Origin: an uncultured bacterium
GTDB taxonomy: Bacteria; Bacteroidota; Bacteroidia; Chitinophagales; Chitinophagaceae
Length of the DNA: 64,000 bases
Assembly: GCA_903834825.1 (NCBI GenBank)
Contig: CAILKQ010000039.1
Location: forward strand, 27,653 to 91,652
Direction of reading: 5' to 3'
Under the pieces are notes generated by a model, which did not search any database, was not told where the DNA came from, and worked only from the letters and a program-made list of their open reading frames with translations. A program made the position numbers and the translations under genes. Below, one piece after another: positions 1 to 8,737 of this stretch (its first letter is position 1; every line of letters starts with the position of its first letter).

Positions 1-729
1 TCCCTTGCCAAAAAATCCTTTTTTCCTGTCTTTTTTGGTGATGATGTTGATGGTCCGGATCCTGTTGCCATCATCAAAACCACTGAATGCACTTTGATCG
101 CTTACCGCATCAATCACCTGAATTTTTTCAATGATGTCTGCAGGAAGGTTCCTGGTGGCCATCTTGGGGTCATTGCCATAAAAGGGTTTGCCATCCACCA
201 AAATCCTGGTCACGGGCTCTCCCTGCGTTTTGATGGATCCATCCCGCTCCACTTCTATCCCCGGCATTTTTTTCAAGAGGTCTTCGGTGGAGGCATTCGG
301 AATCGTCTTGAACTGACTGGCATTGAATTCAGTGGTGTCTCCATTGATGGCCATGGCAGCAGCCCTGATGATGATGCCATCCAGCACGGTAGAAAACTTT
401 ACCATTGGGATAATACCCATATTTTTTTCGGAGGTTTCTGCACTCAATACAAAGGGCTCGTCAACCTGCTGGTATCCTGAGTAGGTTATGCGGAGGATGT
501 AATCCCCAAAAGGGAGATTGTCAATCTGAAAATATCCATTGGAATTGGACATGCCATACCTCAACAAGGTAGAGTCCTTTCCTTTCAATACTGAAACAGT
601 AGCCCCTTTCAATGCAAGGGTGGAATCCTTCAACGTACCCTTCACCAGGCCCGTCTGGTTAGACTGGGCCAACAGCACTGCAGGTGTTGCACAAATAAAC
701 ATAAAAAAAAAGCGAAAAATAAGCCTCAT
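1..729 (-). CDS. TonB-dependent receptor / outer-membrane beta-barrel protein, N-terminal part (CDS runs off the left edge)
   Basis: Absent from the ORF track because it is open-ended. My reverse-complement translation from ATG (729-727) is stop-free to base 1. It reads MRLIFRFFFMFICATPAVLLAQS (signal peptide), then NQTGLVKGTLKDSTLALKGATVSVL...GYFQIDNLPFGDYILRITYSGY (carboxypeptidase-regulatory-like fold), then TEDLLKKMPGIEVERDGSIKTQGEPVTRILVDGKPFYGNDP (TonB plug-type motif). Confidence 0.75.
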   Translation of the reverse strand, partial: MRLIFRFFFMFICATPAVLLAQSNQTGLVKGTLKDSTLALKGATVSVLKGKDSTLLRYGMSNSNGYFQIDNLPFGDYILRITYSGYQQVDEPFVLSAETSEKNMGIIPMVKFSTVLDGIIIRAAAMAINGDTTEFNASQFKTIPNASTEDLLKKMPGIEVERDGSIKTQGEPVTRILVDGKPFYGNDPKMATRNLPADIIEKIQVIDAVSDQSAFSGFDDGNRIRTINIITKKDRKKGFFGKG

Positions 730-871
730 CTGAAGCATGAAAATATTCACTTTCCGTTTAAAATGCTTCATTTTATTTGGGAAATTGATCAATTCTTTTG
801 AAAAACCAAAACAGCAAAGGCTTTTCACTGCATAATTGTATAAATTAGTGGAATCAACATCATCATTGAAT

Positions 872-2686
872 ATGAAATCATTTTTGCTTGCTCTTTCCTT
901 TTCCTTTTTTGCCATTCTTGCCATCGCACAAAACTGGAAGCCCGCTGGAGATAAAATAAAAACAGCATGGGCAGAAAAAATTGACCCCAACAATCCACTG
1001 CCAGAATACCCCCGCCCTCAACTGGTGCGTGAGCAATGGCAGAACCTGAACGGATCCTGGGACTATGCCATTCTTCCCAAAGGAAGCAACGAGCCCAGTG
1101 CATTTGATGGGAAAATCCTGGTTCCCTATGCCGTTGAATCCAGCCTTTCAGGGGTACAGAAAATGGTGGGAGACAAGAACGAACTCTGGTACCACCGCAG
1201 TTTTACTGTTCCTGCAACATGGAAAAACAAATCTCTCGTGCTTCATTTTGGGGCTGTAGACTGGAAGGCCGATATCTGGATCAATGACATCAAGGTGGGC
1301 GCTCACCAGGGCGGCTATGCCCCTTTCAGCCTCGACATCACCCCATTCATTGTGAAAGACAAGGCACAGAAGCTGGTTGTCAAAGTATGGGACCCTACCG
1401 ACCAGGGGTTTCAGCCCAGGGGCAAACAAGTGAACCTTCCCAAAGGGATCTGGTATACGGCTGTAACAGGCATCTGGCAAACGGTTTGGCTTGAACCGGT
1501 TGATGCATCGCATGTATCTGCATTGAAAACAGTGCCCAATATCGATGGTGGAAACATTGCTGTACTGGCTTCTACCATTGGCACATCAGCCAACGACCTC
1601 ATTGAAGTGAAGGTGATGGAGAATGGCAAATTGATTGGCACGGGCAAGGCTGTGGTGGGGCAGGAAGTGACCGTTGCTGTTCCCAATGCAAAATTGTGGA
1701 GCCCTGAATCGCCGTTCCTTTACGACATGGAAGTATCCATCTTGCACAATGGCATTGCAACGGATAAACTGAAAAGCTATGTTGGGATGCGCAAGATATC
1801 GACCAAGGCTGATGCCAATGGCATCCACCGCATGCAGCTGAACAACAAGGATTATTTTCAGTTAGGCCCACTTGACCAGGGATGGTGGCCTGACGGACTC
1901 TATACTGCAGCTACTGATGAGGCCCTTTTGTATGATATCAAAAAAACCAAAGACCTTGGATTTAACATGATCCGCAAACATGTGAAAGTGGAACCGGCCA
2001 GATGGTATTACCATTGCGATCGTGAAGGGATACTGGTTTGGCAGGACATGCCCAGCGGAGATGCCAACCCCAAATGGCAGACACGCAATTATTTCAATGC
2101 CCAGGAATTGCAACGCAGCCAGAAATCAGAACAGAATTTCATCCAAGAGTGGAAAGAAATCATGGACCTGACCTATTCCAATCCATCGGTTGTGGTGCTG
2201 GTGCCTTTCAATGAGGCATGGGGACAATTCAAGACGCCGGAGATCGTGGAATTGACCAAGAACTACAACCCTTCGAGGCTTGTCAATCCTGCCAGCGGAG
2301 GCAACCACTATGATGTGGGCGACATGATTGATATCCACAACTATCCTGAACCTGTGATGGGCTTGTTTGATTCAAAACGCGTCAATGTTTTGGGCGAATA
2401 TGGCGGCATTGGTCTGATTAAAGACAACCATGTATGGGAAAACAACCGCAACTGGGGCTATGTGCAATACAAGACAAGCGAAGAAGCCACCAAGGCCTAT
2501 GTGTCTTTTGCTGAAAAGCTTAAAAAACTCATCCCGTTTGGATATTCCGCTGCCGTCTATACCCAAACCACTGATGTCGAAAGTGAAATCAATGGTCTGA
2601 TGACCTATGACAGAAAGATCATCAAGCTGGATGAGGCTGCAGTCAGAAAAATAAACCAGGAAGTGATTGCAACACTGAACAAATAA
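872..2686 (+). CDS. Glycoside hydrolase family 2 (beta-galactosidase/beta-glucuronidase-like), secreted
   Basis: ORF 836..2686. An internal ATG at 872 gives the signal peptide MKSFLLALSFSFFAILAIAQ. GH2-type motifs: LHFGAVDWKADIWINDIKVGAHQGGYAPF (sugar-binding domain), FNMIRKHVKVEP, an acid/base-type PFNEAWGQ and a nucleophile-type LGEYGGIG. Confidence 0.8.
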   Translation: MKSFLLALSFSFFAILAIAQNWKPAGDKIKTAWAEKIDPNNPLPEYPRPQLVREQWQNLNGSWDYAILPKGSNEPSAFDGKILVPYAVESSLSGVQKMVGDKNELWYHRSFTVPATWKNKSLVLHFGAVDWKADIWINDIKVGAHQGGYAPFSLDITPFIVKDKAQKLVVKVWDPTDQGFQPRGKQVNLPKGIWYTAVTGIWQTVWLEPVDASHVSALKTVPNIDGGNIAVLASTIGTSANDLIEVKVMENGKLIGTGKAVVGQEVTVAVPNAKLWSPESPFLYDMEVSILHNGIATDKLKSYVGMRKISTKADANGIHRMQLNNKDYFQLGPLDQGWWPDGLYTAATDEALLYDIKKTKDLGFNMIRKHVKVEPARWYYHCDREGILVWQDMPSGDANPKWQTRNYFNAQELQRSQKSEQNFIQEWKEIMDLTYSNPSVVVLVPFNEAWGQFKTPEIVELTKNYNPSRLVNPASGGNHYDVGDMIDIHNYPEPVMGLFDSKRVNVLGEYGGIGLIKDNHVWENNRNWGYVQYKTSEEATKAYVSFAEKLKKLIPFGYSAAVYTQTTDVESEINGLMTYDRKIIKLDEAAVRKINQEVIATLNK

Positions 2687-2690
2687 CCAA

Positions 2691-2727
2691 GATCCTTCTG
2701 AGAAAACTTGGTTTTCCCAGAAGGATT
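2691..2727. terminator. Bidirectional intrinsic terminator between convergent GH2 and FAD-oxidoreductase genes
   Basis: Perfect 9-bp stem ATCCTTCTG (2692-2700) / CAGAAGGAT (2718-2726). An inner 6-bp stem GAAAAC/GTTTTC closes a 3-nt loop. T-rich tract TCTTCTTTTATTTT follows on the + strand. Confidence 0.65.
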
Positions 2728-2733
2728 CTTCTT

Positions 2734-5700
2734 TTATTTTCGGAGTACTTGTCCGGCCTTGATCATCTCTTGTTCCAACACATCATAAGGAACCTGTTGC
2801 ACATTGATTTTCTTGTCAATGGCCAACGCTGCAGCCATGGCTGCTGATTGCCCCAGTATCATGAACACGGGCTCCATCCGGATAGAGCCATAGGCAATGT
2901 GTGAACTGGATACGCATACGGAAACCAGCAGGTTTGAACATTCTTTTTCTTTGGGCAAAATCGCGCCAAAGTCAATGGAATAAGGACGATCAGGTTTTAC
3001 CCCGATATCCCCTTCATTCTGGATATATCCCTCAGCCGTCACATAGCGTTGCGTATTGTGGGAATCCAGGGAATAGGATCCCATGCCAATGGGCCTTGCG
3101 ATGGCTGTCTTGCCCAGTGCATCTTTTTCCGTCATCACAAAATCACCCAACATCCTCCTGGCCTCTCTGACATAGAGCTGATAAGGCCATCCGCCATTTT
3201 CAATGAACTCATCTTTGGCCAAACCATAGGTATTGAACTGTTGCCGGATCTCCTTGGGTACAGCAGGATCATTGGCCATGAAATAGAGATAGCCTTTTTG
3301 GTATCGCTCATGTTCCAGGATGATTTCCTTTCGGCGCACATAAGAAGCATCAGGATAATCTTGGTTGCCTCCAATAAAATCACTGCTGAAAGGTCCGTGG
3401 TTGTTGGTATCTGTTTTTTTGTTGGGAACTGCATCAAACTTGGGAAATACATCGCGCCAGCCTGCTGCAAAAAGCCGCGAAAGAATTTCATATCGCTTGG
3501 GATCATACCCTTCCGGCTTGGGAAATGGAATGCTGTTTTCGGGATTGGCACTCATGCACAAACGGTAACAGTAGGCTTGAATTTTGTTGTCGCCATCACC
3601 CTTGTTTCCTGGAGGCGCAGCGCTGACTTCTGGGAGCAAGCCGCTTGAAGGGTTTCCCGGAATGTTGTAGGGATCAATCTTTTGCTTGAAATGGTGCGCG
3701 TGATGGAAGACTTCCGTCTGCACCCCATTCCATTGTTCTCCATAGTGTTGGGTGGATTCCCTGCCCACGGTATATCCCACTCCTGAGGCTGCCATCAAAT
3801 CCCCCTCATACGTGGCATCAATAAATTGCTTGCCCACAAACACAGCCCCATCAAGGGTTTTGAAGGAAATGATCTTGTTGTTTTTCATGGTTACACCACC
3901 TGGAGAACGATCCAGCCACCTGTCTCGATAGACCATGATGTTGTTCTCCCTGATCATGTTTTCAAATGCCGCTTCAGCAACATGCGGCTCAAACAACCAC
4001 ATGGTTTTATAAGCCGTATCATTGGCCACAGTTCCCTGACCCTTGTTGCCAAAGGCTGATCTTTGCTGCCATTTCCAGGCACTATCGGTCTGGTAATGGT
4101 TGTACAAACGGTGGTAAAAATTCCTTGCCAATCCGCCAATCACTGTCTTGTCACCGGTGTCGGTATAACCCAATCCATTGGAAGAGAGCCCGCCTAAGTG
4201 AAGATCAGGAGAAACCACCACCACCGATTTCCCCATTTGTGCAGCCTGCACGGCAGCAATGACGGCAGAAGATGTTCCACCGTAAATGACGATGTCTGCT
4301 GTAATTTTTCTGTCCAAAGACAGGACCTGTCCATCTTTCAACAACTGTGACTTGAGTTGATCGTAGCCGAGGTCCTGCACGTCTATCTTGCGTTCCAGGG
4401 CCATCACTGCTGCGGTTCCTGCTGTTTGTCCCAACACCATGTACACAGGTTCCATGCGAATGGAACTATAGGCCACATGCGAAGCCGACAAACAGACCGG
4501 CACCAGCAAGTTTGAACACTCTTTTCTTTGGGGGATGATAGAACGGTAACTGATTCCATAATAGGTTGACTTCTGTTTTCCATAGCCTCCTTCAATCCTC
4601 ACCTTGCCTTCTGCATCCACAACGCGGGCAATAAAATGACAGTCCAGGGGATAGGTTGCAATGGCAACAGGATCGGCCACAGGCCTTGATCCGTTGCAGT
4701 TTTGTTCTGTCATGACATAATCGCTGATCATCCTTCTTGCCTCTCTTACATATACCTGGTAAGGAAAATGATCAGTGTCCAGGTATTCATCCTTGGGCCA
4801 TCCCCAGGTTTTCATTTCTGTTCTCATGGCAAGGGGCAAACGCTCATCATTGCCCAGGAACCAAAGCAGGCCCATGGAATAAGCCTTGTGCTGTGCAGCA
4901 ATCTGCAGACGGGTGGAATGGTTGGCATTGGGCCATGCATAAGAATTTCCTACAAAATTGCCCTGGTTCGTATCTGTCTTTTTGTTGGGCATGGGAGTGA
5001 AAGAGATGATGCTGCTCAGTGAAATATCCGGATTGAGTGCAATCACTCTTGCCAAAAACTCATACCACAGCGGATTGTATTGGCTGGGCTTGGTAACATC
5101 GATTTTATTGGCCGGATCATTGGTGAGGGTAAGGCGGTAACAATAGGTCTGCGTCCTATCATCCCCAGTTCCATTAGGGCCTGCAGGCTTTGCATCAATA
5201 AAAGGAAGCAGGCCACTGTTTGGATTTCCGGGAATCACATAGGGATCAATGGAGGTTTTGCCATTGCCTACAACTGCACCCATCCTGATACCATTCATGG
5301 TTTCGCCATAGGTGGCATTGCTTTCACGACCAACCTTAAAGGAGACACCAGCCATGCGCATAAGGTCACCCTCATAACTGGCATCAATGAACATTTTTGC
5401 GCCAATCTTTAATCCGCTTTCCATGCTGATGGTCTTCAACCGTCCGTCTTGTTTGAGGGGTGCCGACTTGAGGTTGATGCGCTGGTTGTAGATCACTTCA
5501 ACACCATGATCCTGCAACATCTGCTTGAAGATCTTTTCACCTACCCCAGACTCATAGACCCACTGCATTTTAAGAGAATCATTTTTACCAGTATAGGTTC
5601 TTTTTTTAGACCGTTCAAAATATTCGGTACGTCCCTCCACACGCCAGGCAGATGAATCCAAGTAATGGGTATAGACCCTTTGGTAAAAGTCTTTGGTGAA

Positions 5701-5964
5701 ACCACCTGCAATCCTGAAATTATTCAAATCAGTTGCAGTGAGCCCTGAAGTGGCCATTCCTCCCACATGATTATTGGTACTGACCAGCACCACCGATTTT
5801 CCCATCTTCGCCACTTGCAAAGCGGCTGTGATGCCTGCGGGCGTTTCTCCATACACGCAAACATCAAAAACCCTTTCTTTTGCAGTTGACCATGAAAAAA
5901 TAAAGAAGGTTAACAAAGGGATGCCGAGCAATCGTTTTAGCAGGTTTTGGAGGCAGAACATCAT
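2734..5964 (-). CDS. Tandem-duplicated FAD-dependent oxidoreductase (two paralogous ~530-aa modules in one 1076-aa secreted protein)
   Basis: N-terminal signal-like segment LLGIPLLTFFIFSWSTA. Two dinucleotide-binding starts: FDVCVYGETPAGITAALQVAKMGKSVVLVS..HVGGMATSG and ADIVIYGGTSSAVIAAVQAAQMGKSVVVVS..HLGGLSSNG. Motifs repeated in both halves: FIDA(S/T)YEGDLM, VGRES, IDPY.IPGNP.SGLLP, YCYRL, PNKKTDTN, YVREARRM, KECSNLLV.VC.S.SH.AY.SIRMEPV.M.LGQ. Confidence 0.75.
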   Translation of the reverse strand: MMFCLQNLLKRLLGIPLLTFFIFSWSTAKERVFDVCVYGETPAGITAALQVAKMGKSVVLVSTNNHVGGMATSGLTATDLNNFRIAGGFTKDFYQRVYTHYLDSSAWRVEGRTEYFERSKKRTYTGKNDSLKMQWVYESGVGEKIFKQMLQDHGVEVIYNQRINLKSAPLKQDGRLKTISMESGLKIGAKMFIDASYEGDLMRMAGVSFKVGRESNATYGETMNGIRMGAVVGNGKTSIDPYVIPGNPNSGLLPFIDAKPAGPNGTGDDRTQTYCYRLTLTNDPANKIDVTKPSQYNPLWYEFLARVIALNPDISLSSIISFTPMPNKKTDTNQGNFVGNSYAWPNANHSTRLQIAAQHKAYSMGLLWFLGNDERLPLAMRTEMKTWGWPKDEYLDTDHFPYQVYVREARRMISDYVMTEQNCNGSRPVADPVAIATYPLDCHFIARVVDAEGKVRIEGGYGKQKSTYYGISYRSIIPQRKECSNLLVPVCLSASHVAYSSIRMEPVYMVLGQTAGTAAVMALERKIDVQDLGYDQLKSQLLKDGQVLSLDRKITADIVIYGGTSSAVIAAVQAAQMGKSVVVVSPDLHLGGLSSNGLGYTDTGDKTVIGGLARNFYHRLYNHYQTDSAWKWQQRSAFGNKGQGTVANDTAYKTMWLFEPHVAEAAFENMIRENNIMVYRDRWLDRSPGGVTMKNNKIISFKTLDGAVFVGKQFIDATYEGDLMAASGVGYTVGRESTQHYGEQWNGVQTEVFHHAHHFKQKIDPYNIPGNPSSGLLPEVSAAPPGNKGDGDNKIQAYCYRLCMSANPENSIPFPKPEGYDPKRYEILSRLFAAGWRDVFPKFDAVPNKKTDTNNHGPFSSDFIGGNQDYPDASYVRRKEIILEHERYQKGYLYFMANDPAVPKEIRQQFNTYGLAKDEFIENGGWPYQLYVREARRMLGDFVMTEKDALGKTAIARPIGMGSYSLDSHNTQRYVTAEGYIQNEGDIGVKPDRPYSIDFGAILPKEKECSNLLVSVCVSSSHIAYGSIRMEPVFMILGQSAAMAAALAIDKKINVQQVPYDVLEQEMIKAGQVLRK

Positions 5965-6061
5965 TAGGGAATTTTTATGCGCTCAATTTATTGCATTCTG
6001 CTTTCTATGGATTGATTTTCAGGGTATATTTTATTGTAAAAACCAATCAAAAAATGCGCAG

Positions 6062-6069
6062 TACATTTG
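6062..6069 (+). promoter_or_regulatory. Candidate Bacteroidota -7 promoter box (TACATTTG) for the nitroreductase gene
   Basis: Exact TAnnTTTG match 17 nt upstream of the GTG start at 6087. No well-spaced -33 TTTG was seen. Confidence 0.3.
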
Positions 6070-6086
6070 CCATCTAAATCATTCCC

Positions 6087-6812
6087 GTGTACCAAGAAGC
6101 ATTTGAAGCCATTGTCAACAGCAGGAGATCCAACCGCAGTTATGACCCAGCAGTGGAAGTTCCCGATGAGGTCATCAGGAAAAGCCTGGAGCTGGCCATT
6201 TTATCCCCCAACAGCAGCAACATGCAGTTGTGGGAATTCTATTGGATCAAATCTGAGGAACTGAGGGAAAAATTCACACCGCTTTGCTTGGGGCAATCAG
6301 CGGCAAAGACGGCCAAGCACCTGATGGTATTCGTTACAAGGCAAGACCATTGGAAAGCCCATGCCAAATGGAATTACAACAATTTTAAGGCTACTATTGT
6401 CGATAATGCACCCACCAAAAGACAGCAGCGCGGCTTGGATTATTATGGCAAGTTGATGCCCGTGGTGTATGCCCAGGATTGGTTTGGTTTCATGACGTTG
6501 ATTAGAAAAATGGTGTGTTTCATCAAGGGCTTCAACAATCCTTTCGCCCGCATCTCCGGCAGCAGTGATCAAAAAGTGGTTGTGCACAAATCATGCGCAC
6601 TCGCGGCCCAAACCTTCATGCTGGCCATCTCTGCCCACGGATACGATACCTGCCCGATGGAAGGCTTTGATTCAAAACGTGTAAAAAAATTGATGGGGCT
6701 TCCAGCCGGTGCTGAAATCAACATGATTGTATCGATAGGAAAAGGCACAGAGAAAGGGATTCACGGTGAGCGAAAAAGACTGCCTTTTGAAGAGGTGGTT
6801 TTTGTACGATAA
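6087..6812 (+). CDS. Nitroreductase family protein
   Basis: 241-aa ORF with a GTG start. N-terminal FEAIVNSRRSNRSYDP is the typical nitroreductase opening (RRS.R.F/Y). Further motifs: LELAILSPNSSNMQLWEF and a C-terminal GYDTCPMEGFD. Confidence 0.75.
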   Translation: MYQEAFEAIVNSRRSNRSYDPAVEVPDEVIRKSLELAILSPNSSNMQLWEFYWIKSEELREKFTPLCLGQSAAKTAKHLMVFVTRQDHWKAHAKWNYNNFKATIVDNAPTKRQQRGLDYYGKLMPVVYAQDWFGFMTLIRKMVCFIKGFNNPFARISGSSDQKVVVHKSCALAAQTFMLAISAHGYDTCPMEGFDSKRVKKLMGLPAGAEINMIVSIGKGTEKGIHGERKRLPFEEVVFVR

Positions 6813-6846
6813 GCTTTCCTGTCAACCCTTTTACTTCCTGTATTGA

Positions 6847-7500
6847 TCAATCTACAGCCTCAGCTTTCAAAACCTTGATGTCTTTGGAGAGCTGTTCAAT
6901 GTCCAGCTCGAGCGTACCATTGTAGATACCCCTGATCCGTCCTGTCTTGTCTACCAGCAACACATGTTCCGTATGCAAAAAATCTGTGCTGTCTTTGGTG
7001 AAGCCCAATGCTTCTTCCGCAAAATAAGACCTGCGGGCAAGCGTATAGATATCTGCCTTGGAGCCTGTCAGCAAATGCCAGTTGGAAGCAATGATCTTGT
7101 TGGTGTTGGCATATTCCCTCAACCTTCCAACGCTGTCCCGCCAGGGCGTTACAGAGAAAGAAAGAAACACTATCGTTGAATCCTTTTCAAATGTATGGTT
7201 GAGTCTGGCAATCTTGTTCATCATGCCCGGACAGATGCTTCCACATCCTGTAAAAAAGAAATTGGCCACCTGAATTTTCCCCTGCACATCTTTCTCAGAA
7301 AATGCCTCACCATCCTGGTTTTTCAGCGCAAAATTACCAATGGTATGGGTGATGGTTTTTTCAACCCGATCAGCGCTCTTTAAAAAAATGGGTGTAAAAT
7401 CAGGTGCATTGTAATAGGGCAAGGCCTTATCAGCAAGCTGCTGCCTGCAACCCATCACCAAAAAAAACAAGCTAATTGATGCCAACACTATCCGATACAT
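6847..7500 (-). CDS. SCO1/SenC family thioredoxin-fold copper chaperone, lipoprotein
   Basis: ORF 6847..7608. The start is moved to ATG 7500, giving the lipoprotein signal MYRIVLASISLFFLVMGC. CxxxC motif in FFFTGCGSICPGM. Downstream VTPWRDS and HTEHVLLVD are typical of SCO1. Confidence 0.75.
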   Translation of the reverse strand: MYRIVLASISLFFLVMGCRQQLADKALPYYNAPDFTPIFLKSADRVEKTITHTIGNFALKNQDGEAFSEKDVQGKIQVANFFFTGCGSICPGMMNKIARLNHTFEKDSTIVFLSFSVTPWRDSVGRLREYANTNKIIASNWHLLTGSKADIYTLARRSYFAEEALGFTKDSTDFLHTEHVLLVDKTGRIRGIYNGTLELDIEQLSKDIKVLKAEAVD

Positions 7501-7984
7501 TGATACAGTTTTTTGTTCCGAGCAGCCCATAACGCCTGTCGTCACGGATGATATAATTGGATCTGATGCTGCCATCGTCATACCATTGTTTTTGTGATCC
7601 TGATTCATACCCTCGTTCGTAGTTCATTTCGCGCACCAGTTTACCCTCAGGATTCCACTCCCTGCATGTGCCCTGGTATTCTCCATTGGAAAAAAAATAA
7701 ACTGCTTGTATTTTACCATTGCTCCAATACCTTTTCAACGGGCCAGTTTTGACCCCCATCGCATAATAGCGCTGCTCCATCAAAACACCATTCTCATGAA
7801 ACCGCCTGAACTCGCCATGTTCCAGGCCATTGTAAAAAGAGGTAACAGCAAGTGTATCAGCCGTACCCGGATAAAATGCATATTGCGCAATGCCCTTGGG
7901 TTGCATCTTGCATCCCATTAAAACAATCAGGCAAAGGGCAAATCCACTAATTCGAAACCGTACCGGCTGTTCCAAAGAATCCAT
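7472..7984 (-). CDS. MORN-repeat (YwqK-like) lipoprotein
   Basis: Lipobox in FALCLIVLMGC. Repeated G.....Y..NG motifs: FYNGLEHGEFRRFHENGVLMEQRYY, KRYWSNGKIQAVYFFSNGEYQGTCREWNPEGKL, QKQWYDDGSI. The start is ambiguous (ATG at 8008, 7990 or 7984). The ORF overlaps both neighbours. Confidence 0.6.
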   Translation of the reverse strand: MDSLEQPVRFRISGFALCLIVLMGCKMQPKGIAQYAFYPGTADTLAVTSFYNGLEHGEFRRFHENGVLMEQRYYAMGVKTGPLKRYWSNGKIQAVYFFSNGEYQGTCREWNPEGKLVREMNYERGYESGSQKQWYDDGSIRSNYIIRDDRRYGLLGTKNCINVSDSVGIN

Positions 7985-8717
7985 TTCCATTGATATAAGG
8001 ATCTGCATCAGTTACATGATAATGATAAATGCCTGCAGGATAATCAGCAGTAACATGCTTGTGCCCGTGGTAGGCGTCCAGGCTGGCATTGGCTACTTTT
8101 GCGCCGTTCTCTTCAGGTCCATATACAGGAAAACCATCCAGCAGAAAGCCCAACAAGGCTGATTTGTTCAGCTTTGTTTGCGTCAAGTAAAGTGGCTCAA
8201 CATGGTAATGGTACATGCCTCCTGGAGCAGGATGGCCCCAACTTTGGTCAAAGCTCGCCATTTCTCCAGTCAACGGTTGATTGGGACCTGCATACTGGTT
8301 GAAGAATGGCACACCATTAACGGTTACACCTATTGGCCCCAATGGGGTAGCCTTTTTTGTACTTGCTTCAGCAGGATTAAGGGGGATTTTGAAGGTATAT
8401 GAAAGTGTATTGATGGAGTTGGGATTCTTCATAAATGTTCTCCCACCAAAAGTGGTCCCTGAAAAAGCTTCATACAGAGGACTGGTTGTAGGATAATAGG
8501 CACTCTTGTGGTCTGGTGTACCAGTGCTTTTGATGGTTAGAAAAGTTCCATCAGATGTGATGCTGGTGGCGCCATAGATTTTCTTGTAGACATCTGGGAC
8601 CGTTGAAGGAGTTGAAGGTGTTGAAGGAGTTGAAGGGGTTGAAGTGGCTGCCTTCTTACAAGCCAAACCGACAACAATCAATGCCAATAAAGTGAAAAAA
8701 CTGTTTTTAGGATTCAT
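7947..8717 (-). CDS. YHYH-domain lipoprotein with (STP)n linker
   Basis: Signal and lipobox MNPKNSFFTLLALIVVGLAC. Linker TSTPSTPSTPSTPSTVP. Two YHYH motifs: PAPGGMYHYHVEP and YPAGIYHYHVTD. Confidence 0.7.
   Translation of the reverse strand: MNPKNSFFTLLALIVVGLACKKAATSTPSTPSTPSTPSTVPDVYKKIYGATSITSDGTFLTIKSTGTPDHKSAYYPTTSPLYEAFSGTTFGGRTFMKNPNSINTLSYTFKIPLNPAEASTKKATPLGPIGVTVNGVPFFNQYAGPNQPLTGEMASFDQSWGHPAPGGMYHYHVEPLYLTQTKLNKSALLGFLLDGFPVYGPEENGAKVANASLDAYHGHKHVTADYPAGIYHYHVTDADPYINGNGFFGTAGTVSN
8602..8646. repeat. 5 x 9-bp tandem repeat (GTTGAAGGN) encoding the (STP)n linker
   Basis: Units read directly: gttgaagga, gttgaaggt, gttgaagga, gttgaaggg, gttgaagtg. Confidence 0.9.
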
Positions 8718-8737
8718 GTTTGCAATTTAAATAAAAT

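Noticed and set aside
94-733. Plus-strand ORFs 94..480 (128 aa) and 539..733 (64 aa) from the track
   Set aside because: Their translations have no recognisable motifs. The opposite strand carries an uninterrupted frame with a signal peptide, a CarboxypepD_reg-like domain and a TonB plug that runs off the window edge. They are antisense shadows of that gene.
3049-3648. 199-aa plus-strand ORF inside the FAD-oxidoreductase gene. Similar antisense ORFs: 40276..40821, 52314..52853, 22783..23343, 47919..48419, 59785..60273, 61207..61653
   Set aside because: Each lies antisense within a long ORF that carries clear family motifs. None has a signal, motifs or an independent intergenic context.
1-5964. 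Reading the left end (TonB-dependent receptor + GH2 + FAD oxidoreductase) as a canonical polysaccharide utilisation locus
   Set aside because: No SusD-like gene is visible, and the receptor fragment cannot be classified as SusC-type from 243 residues. The receptor is also transcribed away from GH2.
7501-7608. Upstream extensions of track ORFs: SCO1 to 7608, GH2 to 836, SRPBCC to 14325, isomerase to 31776, protease to 32761, PorP to 35714, barrel protein to 41282, hydrolase-like to 54466, mntR to 55660, NanM-like to 47091
   Set aside because: The extensions either overlap the preceding gene or start at TTG. They also place junk sequence in front of an obvious signal peptide or family N-terminus. 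Internal ATG (or GTG for PorP/SprF) starts give canonical N-termini, and in two cases they sit just downstream of a TAnnTTTG box.
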